Below, piece by piece: positions 55,752-64,000 of a stretch of 64,000 nt of DNA; position 1 is the stretch's first letter, and the number at the start of each line of letters is the position of its first letter. This DNA comes from an uncultured Methanosarcinales archaeon (GTDB taxonomy: Archaea > Nanobdellota > Nanobdellia > Woesearchaeales > CAYVYK01): the NCBI GenBank assembly GCA_964455675.1, contig CAYVYK010000006.1:16356-80355 (forward strand), read 5' to 3'. The notes below the pieces were generated by a model, which saw only the letters and a list, made by a program, of their open reading frames with translations, was not told where the DNA came from and searched no databases. The position numbers and the translations under genes were made by a program.

Positions 55752-58403
55752 ATGACTGTCCCTAAGTACTATCTCCTGAGCAAAGAGCAGGTGCTCCATG
55801 TACTCAATGTTACGCACGAACATGGCCGGAGCGCGGATGATGTCGACCGTCTTCATCAGACGTACGGATACAATGAGCTCACACCCCCAAAAAAGAAAAG
55901 TCCCTTCATCATCTTTGTCAACCAGTTTCGTAGCTTTCTCATCTACCTTTTAATCATCGCCGTCATTATTTCCGTCTACGTCGGAGAATACCTCGATGCG
56001 GGAGTTGTTCTCTTTATCCTAATTCTCAACGCTTTTCTAGGATTCATACAAGAATACAATGCTGAACGTGCCATTGATGCACTCAAGAAGCTCACATCGC
56101 ACAAGACAAGAGTGATACGAAGCGGAAAGACCGAGCTCGTCGACTCGCGAAACCTTGTTCCCGGCGATATTGTGCTTTTTGAAGAAGGATCAAAGATTTC
56201 TGCAGACTGCCGGATCATCCATGCATCGTCGCTCTTCGTGTCGGAAGCATCGCTTACCGGAGAATCAGTCCCAGTCGAGAAGCATGATGAACGATTAAGC
56301 AAAGAATCAGGACTGGCTGATCAGCGCAACATGCTCTTCTCAGGAACTGTCGTCACTCGCGGCAAATGCATAGCAGCCGTTACAGCAATCGGAATGAATG
56401 CGGAAATTGGTAAGATCGCAACAATGATATCAGAAGACCATAGCCTAACACCGCTGCAAAAGCAACTCAATAACCTCGGAAAATGGATCGGAGGCGTAAC
56501 ACTTGCCCTCTGTACGATGCTCTTTGTCATCGGTATCATCAAGGAAGGATATGGAGCGGCCGAGGCATGGCTTATGACTGCAGTCGCGCTTGCCGTCGCT
56601 GCAGTTCCCGAAGGACTTCCAGCCGTGGTAACCATATCTCTCTCCATCAGCGTTGTGCGCATGGCAAAAAGGAACGCGCTTATCAGACGAATCCACAGTG
56701 TCGAGACGCTCGGGCAGACGACAGTCATCTGCTCGGATAAGACTGGAACGCTCACCCAAAACGCCATGACTGTCCGCGGAATATACGTCGACGGTAAGTC
56801 GCATGTTGTCACAGGCGTTGGTTACTCCGTCCGGGGGGAAATTGAAGGAAACATCAGCGAGAAAGGAAGACTTCTCTTCATCGCAGGTGCGCTCTGCAAT
56901 GATGCGACGCTGAATGTAACGGAAGGGACAATCACGGGAGATCCGACGGAAGCTGCGCTCCTCGTCAGCGCGGAAAAAAACGGGATCGATCACCGCAAAC
57001 TCCAACATCAATGGGTCCGAATCAAGGAAGACCCGTTTGATTCCGTAAAAAAAGTCATGAGCACTGTCAACAGGGACCAGTCAACAGATAAAACATACGT
57101 CTTCATGAAAGGAGCTCCAGAGCGTGTCCTAGCTTGTTGCAACCGAATCCAAATGCATGGAAAAGTCATGCCTCTACGCGCAACACACCGTAAGATGGTG
57201 CTGCAGCATAACGACTACTACGCGCGAAACGCCCTCAGGGTCCTTGGATTTGCATACAAACCATACAAGAAAGGAGAAAAGACAGAGGATGATCTCATTT
57301 TCATTGGTCTTCAAGGAATGATTGATCCTCCACATACAGAAGTTCATGAATCTGTCCGTAGATGCCATGAGGCAGGAATTAGAGTTATCATGATCACGGG
57401 AGATAACCGGCTCACTGCGGAAGGGATCGCACACGAAATCGGTATCATGGGTGCTTCAATCAATGGGGCCGATTTTGCTGCACTCCATCCAGAAGAACAG
57501 GTGAAAACACTCAGTGATATCTCCATTTTTGCTAGAGTAGAACCCCAGCACAAGGTCAAGATCGTTGAACTATTACAACTAAACGGTGAAGTTGTTGCAA
57601 TGACGGGCGACGGCGTCAATGATGCTCCAGCCCTCAAGAAAGCAGACCTTGGCGTTGCCATGGGAATCACTGGGACAGATGTTGCAAAAGAAGCAAGCGA
57701 GATGGTGCTCCAGGATGACAACTTCACGAGTATCGTAAACGCGATCGAGGAAGGACGCGGTATCTACCAAAACATCAGGAAATTTGTGCTCTATCTTCTC
57801 TCATGCAACATCGGCGAGGTCTTTTTCATCTTTGGCGCGATTATCCTCAACCTTCCATTACCGCTCAACGTCATCATGATTCTTTGGCTTAACCTCGTAA
57901 CGGATGGCCTTCCTGCAATCGCGCTCAGCGTTGATCCAAATCCACCCCACATCATGAACCGTCCTCCAAAGAAGGCCAAGGAAGGAATACTCACACGCCT
58001 TGGTATGATGCATATCCTCTTCCTTTCAATCCTTTATGCCTTAGGATCACTTGGAGTGTATTACTGGGCATATATCACGTATGGTCACATCCCCGACCGC
58101 ATCGCACATATCCAGACAATGGGATTTACCGCAATCACGCTTATCGAGCTATTCAGCCTCTTTGCCATCCGTAAAAGCTATCACTTGCCTCTCTTCTCAA
58201 ACAAATACCTCCTCATGGCAATTGTTGGATCAATACTCCTACAGTTTGCAGTCATCTACAGTCCCCTCCAAAAGTTTTTCGGAACAGTTGCACTATCCCT
58301 CCTTGACTGGGCGATCATCGTTGGGGTGTGCATCGGCATATACCTCGTTGCCATACTGACGAGTGGACTCTTCTCTAGAGAAAAATCAACTGTGCAAAAT
58401 TAA
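55752..58403 (+). CDS. P-type ATPase, cation-transporting (type IIA/Ca2+-ATPase-like)
   Basis: DKTGTLT phosphorylation site, TGES, MITGDN, TGDGVNDAPALKKADLGVAMG, 10 TM; 883 aa. Confidence 0.85.
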   Translation: MTVPKYYLLSKEQVLHVLNVTHEHGRSADDVDRLHQTYGYNELTPPKKKSPFIIFVNQFRSFLIYLLIIAVIISVYVGEYLDAGVVLFILILNAFLGFIQEYNAERAIDALKKLTSHKTRVIRSGKTELVDSRNLVPGDIVLFEEGSKISADCRIIHASSLFVSEASLTGESVPVEKHDERLSKESGLADQRNMLFSGTVVTRGKCIAAVTAIGMNAEIGKIATMISEDHSLTPLQKQLNNLGKWIGGVTLALCTMLFVIGIIKEGYGAAEAWLMTAVALAVAAVPEGLPAVVTISLSISVVRMAKRNALIRRIHSVETLGQTTVICSDKTGTLTQNAMTVRGIYVDGKSHVVTGVGYSVRGEIEGNISEKGRLLFIAGALCNDATLNVTEGTITGDPTEAALLVSAEKNGIDHRKLQHQWVRIKEDPFDSVKKVMSTVNRDQSTDKTYVFMKGAPERVLACCNRIQMHGKVMPLRATHRKMVLQHNDYYARNALRVLGFAYKPYKKGEKTEDDLIFIGLQGMIDPPHTEVHESVRRCHEAGIRVIMITGDNRLTAEGIAHEIGIMGASINGADFAALHPEEQVKTLSDISIFARVEPQHKVKIVELLQLNGEVVAMTGDGVNDAPALKKADLGVAMGITGTDVAKEASEMVLQDDNFTSIVNAIEEGRGIYQNIRKFVLYLLSCNIGEVFFIFGAIILNLPLPLNVIMILWLNLVTDGLPAIALSVDPNPPHIMNRPPKKAKEGILTRLGMMHILFLSILYALGSLGVYYWAYITYGHIPDRIAHIQTMGFTAITLIELFSLFAIRKSYHLPLFSNKYLLMAIVGSILLQFAVIYSPLQKFFGTVALSLLDWAIIVGVCIGIYLVAILTSGLFSREKSTVQN

Positions 58404-58456
58404 AATAGGATCATTGCTCATAACTTTTATATAACCAGTTCGATGCCTAGCTTCGA

Positions 58457-59158
58457 ATGACAAGAATCATAGAAGAGCCAGACGTTAGTAAACTGAATAA
58501 ACAAGCGGCAGACATGATTGCAAAGTCGCTCCTTGCAGTGCTCAAAAAACAGAAGACCGCTAACTTTGGAGTCGTCGGCGGAAGAAATGTTAGCGATATC
58601 TATCACCGGATTTCTCGCATGAGTTTGCCATTTAAAAAAGTCCATTTCTTCCTTGTCGACCAGCAACTCGTTATGCCGCACGAGGAACCAAACAATTACT
58701 TGCTCTTCCGGTCCGTGTTCGCTGATGGACTCATAGCAAAAAAGGAACTACCAGAAGACAACTTGCATCCCTTCCCTTATCATGCAGGGAAAGACGCCGA
58801 ATCTTCCAGGGCGTATACGAATGAACTCTCCCTCTATGGAGGTCACTTTGATGTCATTCTCCTCTCAGCAGGAGAGGATGGGCATATTGCAGGACTCTAT
58901 CCCCACCATCACTCAATCAAGAATGAAGAGGAAGGGTACATCACAATGCACGACTGCCCAAAACCACCCAAGGACCGTATGACTGCATCACGAAAACTCC
59001 TTCTAAAGACGAAGATTGCCTACCTCCTATTTATCGGAGAAGAGAAACGGACTGCGCTTGGCCGCTATAGGGATGATGGCCTTGACATGTTTTCTTGTCC
59101 AGCAAAGCTAGTGAACGACCTTCCCCAAACCTTCGTCCTCACGACACTACAGTCATGA
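58457..59158 (+). CDS. 6-phosphogluconolactonase / NagB-family sugar-phosphate deaminase-like
   Basis: FGVVGGRNV and DVILLSAGEDGHIAGLYP motifs of the Pgl/NagB fold. Confidence 0.6.
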   Translation: MTRIIEEPDVSKLNKQAADMIAKSLLAVLKKQKTANFGVVGGRNVSDIYHRISRMSLPFKKVHFFLVDQQLVMPHEEPNNYLLFRSVFADGLIAKKELPEDNLHPFPYHAGKDAESSRAYTNELSLYGGHFDVILLSAGEDGHIAGLYPHHHSIKNEEEGYITMHDCPKPPKDRMTASRKLLLKTKIAYLLFIGEEKRTALGRYRDDGLDMFSCPAKLVNDLPQTFVLTTLQS

Positions 59159-59182
59159 CTTTTGGAGACAAACATCCGTAGA

Positions 59183-59887
59183 CTACTTATTCTGAAGTTG
59201 TTGTTCAATGATGCGCTCAAAGTTCTCGAAAGGCTGGGCACCTGACACAAGCTGTCCGTTCACGAAAAATGCTGGCGTACCACGCACTCCTGCTGCCGAA
59301 CCATCCGTCATGTCCTTCTTTGTTTCAGCCTGGTACTTTCCACTGTCAAGGCAATCATTGAATGAATCAGAGTTTAGGCCAAGATCCACTGCATATTGTT
59401 TAAATGAATCCACACCACCCTTAACACCCTTGCCAAATAGCACATCGTGCATCTCGTAAAACTTACCCTGGTCGCCAGCACATTCAGCAGCCTCAGCGGC
59501 CTTCTGAGCATTCTTGTGGCTTGTCAGAGGGAAATCCCTGAACACGAGCTTGACTTTTCCAGTCTTGATGTATTGCTCGTCGATCTTGGGTAGTGTCTGT
59601 GTGGAAAACCTTTGGCAATATGGGCACTCAAAATCACTAAACTCAACAATCGTGACTGGAGCATCCGGACTTCCCTTCACTGCATCATCATCCATGAGCT
59701 TTTTCATGTCCACCGGCCCTGGGGTTGGTGAAGGAGAAGGCGATGGCGCCGCAATCTTCTCTTGTATGGCAAGCAATGTACCCTGGATCTTTGCAGCCTG
59801 AATATTGAGGATGACGAGCGATGCAAGTATCAGAATGACTAAGCCATAAAGGAAGTAATGCTTTGCGTGCGAATCCATATGAATCAC
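59183..59887 (-). CDS. DsbA-like thiol:disulfide oxidoreductase, membrane-anchored
   Basis: N-terminal TM, thioredoxin CxxC active site FSDFECPYCQRF. Confidence 0.7.
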   Translation of the reverse strand: MIHMDSHAKHYFLYGLVILILASLVILNIQAAKIQGTLLAIQEKIAAPSPSPSPTPGPVDMKKLMDDDAVKGSPDAPVTIVEFSDFECPYCQRFSTQTLPKIDEQYIKTGKVKLVFRDFPLTSHKNAQKAAEAAECAGDQGKFYEMHDVLFGKGVKGGVDSFKQYAVDLGLNSDSFNDCLDSGKYQAETKKDMTDGSAAGVRGTPAFFVNGQLVSGAQPFENFERIIEQQLQNK

Positions 59888-59981
59888 CTGATATTCTTTT
59901 CCTCTGTGGATTTATAAACCTACCGTTGAACAGCTACTCCTTTCCGCAATGCATTTATAGGCGTACTCCTCAGGGGAAGCC

Positions 59982-60725
59982 ATGAAGTTACTATTCCTTC
60001 TCCTCTTTGTGCTTATTTTTATTCCAGTGAGCTGTACATTTCTTCAACAGGTCTCAGAAAAACCCTTTACACGAAATGCAGTTGTTCCACCTACGGCAAC
60101 GCCGCTACCAACACCTGTGGAATGGAATGCAATCACTACAGATGGAATTTCACTCCTTGGACTTTGGTATCCTGGCAACACCACGCACACACTTCTTTAC
60201 GTCCATGACTACGGCAGCAACGCCGCATCGTGGGAAAAAGTCATCCGGATGCATCAACGTGAGGGGTACTCTATCATGGCGCTCGACTTACGGGGTCATG
60301 GGGGAAGCAGCGACTGGAATTTCACAAGTGAAGACGACTGGTACGCTCTTACCGAAGATGTCCGCACAGCGATGCTCTCCCTTCGCGAGCGTGGAATAGA
60401 GAGAATCGACCTTATCGGCAAGGGGGTAGGGGCAAATATCGTGCTCATCACTGCTTCAGGGAACCCTACGATCGACCACGTTATCCTTGTCGATCCAAGC
60501 AGCAGCTTGAACGTCACCGAGGCCGCTGCCGCTTATACACAATCGCTTCTTCTTATCACTTCATCAACTGATGAAATCTCTCGACCAGTGGCTGAACAAA
60601 TATACCACCAGTCAGCTGCAAAGAAGGATATTCAGTACTACGTTGCCGCGGCGCGATCCGAAGAACAGATCGGCACTGCGATACTCCAGTGGCTTAGGCG
60701 TGCAGCACCAACGGTCACCGAATAG
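59982..60725 (+). CDS. secreted alpha/beta-hydrolase-fold protein, nucleophile Ser replaced by Gly (GKGVG)
   Basis: Signal peptide; DLRGHGGS...IDLIGKGVGANIVL aligns to the GxSxG elbow but lacks Ser. Confidence 0.5.
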   Translation: MKLLFLLLFVLIFIPVSCTFLQQVSEKPFTRNAVVPPTATPLPTPVEWNAITTDGISLLGLWYPGNTTHTLLYVHDYGSNAASWEKVIRMHQREGYSIMALDLRGHGGSSDWNFTSEDDWYALTEDVRTAMLSLRERGIERIDLIGKGVGANIVLITASGNPTIDHVILVDPSSSLNVTEAAAAYTQSLLLITSSTDEISRPVAEQIYHQSAAKKDIQYYVAAARSEEQIGTAILQWLRRAAPTVTE

Positions 60726-60755
60726 CATAAATAATACTCTGCAAGTGATCCTCGC

Positions 60756-61499
60756 ATGAAGCTTATCTCATGGAACGTAAACGGCCTCCGAGCTGCACTC
60801 ACGCATGGATTTGAATCATTTATCGATTCACATGCGCCAGATATTCTCTGTCTCCAAGAAACCAAGCTTGGCAACGATGGCCTGCTCCTGAATCTACCCG
60901 AGTATACAGCCATCTGGAACAATGCCAAAAAAGCGGGATATGCAGGAACAGCAATCCTCACGAAGAAAAAACCATTGCAGGTCAGTTTTGGCTTGAATTC
61001 TGCTGACGATGAAGGACGAGTGATCACTGCGGAATTCTCTGACTTCTATCTTATTAATGTCTATACGCCAAACTCTCAGCGAGGACTTACTCGGCTTGCG
61101 CTTCGCGAGAAGTGGGATGGCGCGTTCCTAAAATACATTATGTCGCTCGATCAAAAAAAACCCGTTGTATTTTGTGGCGACCTTAATGTTGCCCACGAGG
61201 AGATTGATATTGCGCGACCGAAGGACAATCGGCGCAATGCGGGATTCACCGACGAGGAACGCGCTGGATTTGCGCGGATACTTCACGCTGGATTCATCGA
61301 CACGTTCAGAATGTACCATAAGGAAGGGGGGCAATACAGCTGGTGGAGCTACATGTTCAACGCACGTGCCAAAAACATTGGATGGCGTATCGATTACTTC
61401 TGCATATCGGAACGGCTCAAGACGAGGCTAAAGGAAGCGTTCATTCTTCAGTCTGTGCACGGCTCGGATCACTGCCCGGTCGGGATAGTCATCACGTGA
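60756..61499 (+). CDS. xth: exodeoxyribonuclease III (AP endonuclease, Xth family)
   Basis: MKLISWNVNGLRA, LCLQETK, GDLNVAHEEIDI, C-terminal SDHCP(V) motif. Confidence 0.85.
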   Translation: MKLISWNVNGLRAALTHGFESFIDSHAPDILCLQETKLGNDGLLLNLPEYTAIWNNAKKAGYAGTAILTKKKPLQVSFGLNSADDEGRVITAEFSDFYLINVYTPNSQRGLTRLALREKWDGAFLKYIMSLDQKKPVVFCGDLNVAHEEIDIARPKDNRRNAGFTDEERAGFARILHAGFIDTFRMYHKEGGQYSWWSYMFNARAKNIGWRIDYFCISERLKTRLKEAFILQSVHGSDHCPVGIVIT

Positions 61500-61726
61500 A
61501 AAACATTTGACTTTTCTGAATCTGCAGACAGTGTTCACTACACTTGGAGCTCCAGATGATTCCAGCGTAACTTACGTGCACGTAAATGGTCATTTTCCCC
61601 GGGAACATCAGGGAGCGGATACCGAATCCATTCCTTGAAAAAACGAGAGTAAGTACCGTTCTGTGACCATTATTTGGTGGTATCTAATCCGTTATCTTTA
61701 AAAGGGGTCCTGTACCTACAAATGGC

Positions 61727-62209
61727 ATGGCACATGTCATGTACAAGAATATCAAGCCAGGGTACACTGTCGAAGTTGTGACGCCAAGGAACGCTTACCG
61801 ATTTGTCTGCGTCGACCCAGAGCGCGCCCTGTTCCGCTGTGAACGCAATGGAACCCTTGATGAAGAAGTTGAAGGAACGCTTGGTTATTATAAGGGAAAA
61901 CAAGGAGGAAGGGATGTTGTTGTCCTAGCCGGAATCCGTGACGAAGCACGCGCAAGGTTCCAATTCAACGGAGACGGTGTTAAGAAGAATCTGTACGTTG
62001 GCGTGCAGAAACTGAATCTCTACGACGAAAATGGCGTAAACGTGCGGGAACTTGCTCGAGGCCCAGCGAGGGGAGGCCGTGCAAAAGACGCTCCAACAAT
62101 TGATCTCTCCATTGCTGACAAATCGGATCCTGCAGCAGGAATACTCTCAGATGACGAACTCTCTCGACTCATTGCGGGAGCAGAGACCGATGAAGACAAA
62201 GACATATGA
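61727..62209 (+). CDS. hypothetical protein
   Basis: 160-aa ORF, no recognised motif. Confidence 0.4.
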   Translation: MAHVMYKNIKPGYTVEVVTPRNAYRFVCVDPERALFRCERNGTLDEEVEGTLGYYKGKQGGRDVVVLAGIRDEARARFQFNGDGVKKNLYVGVQKLNLYDENGVNVRELARGPARGGRAKDAPTIDLSIADKSDPAAGILSDDELSRLIAGAETDEDKDI

Positions 62210-62266
62210 TCCTATCTCTAATCCTTAGCCCATCCTCTGCTGCAGCCTCAACAAGATTTATAAATC

Positions 62267-62914
62267 TTGATCACGAATATTCTTTTTATGGGCAAGCTTG
62301 AAAAAGTGATCTCGGACCGGGTGCAGCCAATCCTTGATGATGCCATGGTAAAATACCTTGGAGTCACAATCCGGGAAATCAATGCAGATATTTCGGACAA
62401 GCTTCTCAAGAATCCCTTATTTGAGTTTGAGGTTAATACCCGGCTGCCGTATAGAAAGGCAAAGGAGGAATTCCGAAAGATTTACCTTGCACGATTGCTC
62501 CGGCTCAATTTTGGAAACGTGTCCGCGGTTGCAGCCATTGCGGGCATCGACCGGCGGAGTATCCACCGGCTTATTAAGCGGTACGCCCTTCGACCGGATC
62601 AGCACCGCAAGGACATGCTCAGCGGTCAATACATAAAAGCGGAAGCGGTACACACGATCATCGAGCAGACCATTGACCAATACCGAGACGTCCTCCGACC
62701 CGAACGCCTCCAAGCGCTCTATTCAAACCTCGATGGAATATCTCGAGAGATCATCAAAGAACTCCCTGAGGAGCCGCTCACTCTCAAAGAAGCGGAAAAA
62801 GAATTCCAGCGCAGATACCTAATCAAGGTTATGCAGGAAGAGCGTGTCACGTCACGTGCGGCAAAGCGGCTTGGCATTCGCTACGAAACACTGCACAGAA
62901 AATTAAAGAAATAG
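62267..62914 (+). CDS. protein with two Fis-type (HTH_8) helix-turn-helix motifs
   Basis: GNVSAVAAIAGIDRRSIHRLIKRY and RVTSRAAKRLGIRYETLHRKLKK both match the Fis/NtrC C-terminal HTH pattern (N.t.aA..LGi.R.TL..KlK.y). Confidence 0.5.
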   Translation: MITNILFMGKLEKVISDRVQPILDDAMVKYLGVTIREINADISDKLLKNPLFEFEVNTRLPYRKAKEEFRKIYLARLLRLNFGNVSAVAAIAGIDRRSIHRLIKRYALRPDQHRKDMLSGQYIKAEAVHTIIEQTIDQYRDVLRPERLQALYSNLDGISREIIKELPEEPLTLKEAEKEFQRRYLIKVMQEERVTSRAAKRLGIRYETLHRKLKK

Positions 62915-62928
62915 AAAGAAGAAAAAAC

Positions 62929-63165
62929 CTAAATGTCAATATTTGCCATGTCCTCAAGATCGCTGATCTCACTGTCGTCAGTTAAATCTCCATCTAAATC
63001 TGGAAAACTCTCGTCAATAGCGTCTGGAGACTGACTTACCGCTTGAGTCGCTGTTGGTGACATCGTAGGGGTTGGTGTACCCATCGGTGGCGACTCCCTT
63101 GCACAGGAGACGACCAGTAGTATCGCCATTAGTATCGCACATGCTATGTATCGCATTTTGCTCAC
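62929..63165 (-). CDS. small secreted protein (lipoprotein-like, Thr/Pro-rich)
   Basis: Signal peptide with VVSCAR; 78 aa. Confidence 0.35.
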   Translation of the reverse strand: MSKMRYIACAILMAILLVVSCARESPPMGTPTPTMSPTATQAVSQSPDAIDESFPDLDGDLTDDSEISDLEDMANIDI

Positions 63166-64000
63166 CCCGTCACCGCGACATCTTCAGGTGTCAGCGCATT
63201 GTCGATGTCAGAATCTTCGGTTACTCCCTTGATTGCACGGATGATCTCCTTGATTTCCGCTTTCAGTCTCTTTGCTTCTTCCTTGATCGCATCAAATCTT
63301 GCATTGAACTCTTCTTTCTTTGCGTCGTCGAGTTGTTCAAGAGCCTTGATCTCCTCGCGAAGAGCCTTTGCCTTCTCATGCAGGGAATCCACATCCACAC
63401 CGAGCTGTGTGATTCGAGCTTTAAGCGTAGCGTCCATCTCTGGATGAGTGTTCATGTATCGCTCCAGACGATTGCTCCAACCAATCAACAGAACTCCAGT
63501 TGTTCTCCATCTCTCGGCATGCATCCAGAAGAGCAAGCGACGGTACTTCGCGTTAAAATCATGGAGCATTGTAGTAACTTCACCTTTCAGTACGCGCAAT
63601 TCCTCGAGGGTAGTTGCAGCCTCGATCCGTGTCTTTAATGCCGTGGCCTCTGCGATCTTCGCATCGATCGTTGCCACAATCGCAGACGACTCATCGTCAG
63701 CAATGTAGGGGTCGATGTCGACTTTCTCCTTCTGATGCTCAAGGCGCAGGATAAGTGCGTCGAGGATTTTCGTCAGCCTTTCCTTGGACTTCGTCAGAAG
63801 TTCAGGACAATTCTGCTGGGACGCGCAGGCATCCTTAACTGCCTTGATCTCTTCCTTTGACATCCTGCGGATCTCAGCAACCTTTTCATTTGCCACATCC
63901 GACTTCGCGCGCAGCGCGTTTGCACGAGCGCTGAGAGTCTGCACGCGATTCTGTGCAAGCGCCCGAATGTTACTCACTTCAGTTTCCGAGACAATAGCAG
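63162..64000 (-). CDS. coiled-coil protein (5'-partial; frame stays open to the window edge)
   Basis: Highly charged heptad-rich sequence (KAEIKEIIRAIK, LREEIKALEQLDDAKKEEF). The codon at 63977 is GTG with no upstream in-frame stop, so the gene probably extends beyond 64000. Confidence 0.45.
   Translation of the reverse strand, partial: AIVSETEVSNIRALAQNRVQTLSARANALRAKSDVANEKVAEIRRMSKEEIKAVKDACASQQNCPELLTKSKERLTKILDALILRLEHQKEKVDIDPYIADDESSAIVATIDAKIAEATALKTRIEAATTLEELRVLKGEVTTMLHDFNAKYRRLLFWMHAERWRTTGVLLIGWSNRLERYMNTHPEMDATLKARITQLGVDVDSLHEKAKALREEIKALEQLDDAKKEEFNARFDAIKEEAKRLKAEIKEIIRAIKGVTEDSDIDNALTPEDVAVTG

Overview
This window is an archaeal chromosomal segment, with moderate GC content and compact, often overlapping genes. 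The archaeal assignment rests on these markers: pfdA-ftsY, Sm-L37e, Alba-S17e, S8e, L35Ae, Cbf5, ScpA, SepF, PAC2 chaperones, archaeal-type ProRS, Bud32, and an intron-containing tRNA.

Housekeeping genes make up most of the window. They cover translation (ProRS, ArgRS, ribosomal proteins, three tRNAs), central metabolism (enolase, SOD, PyrD, PurC, 6PGL) and the envelope (a putative S-layer glycoprotein, a Ca-type P-ATPase, DsbA).

The rest is accessory material:
- The region from 46 to 6799 is bracketed by two TrmB-type regulators. It holds tRNA-Gln, a DUF2207-like protein, an AT-rich membrane protein gene and several orphan ORFs.
- A four-gene operon runs from 10262 to 14686: GTP cyclohydrolase II-like, PaaK/CapK-like adenylate-forming enzyme, SIS isomerase and a Na/solute symporter. 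It looks like an uncharacterised small-molecule pathway.
- A UvrD-family helicase with an HRDC domain sits directly upstream of an Hjc-like PD-(D/E)xK nuclease. The nuclease reading frame is broken at a T5 homopolymer.
- There is a prokaryotic pentameric ligand-gated ion channel with the Cys-loop-like YPFDxQ motif.
- tRNA-Val carries a 12-nt intron. Downstream of it lie two 36-bp direct repeats, each containing a near-exact copy of the tRNA 3' end (att-like), and a 540-aa orphan protein.
- The stretch from 8.1 to 9.9 kb is gene-poor and G-depleted, with degenerate short repeats.

No CRISPR array, cas genes, integrase or transposase could be supported. All functional calls come from motif-level reading of the translated ORFs and are unverified by database search.
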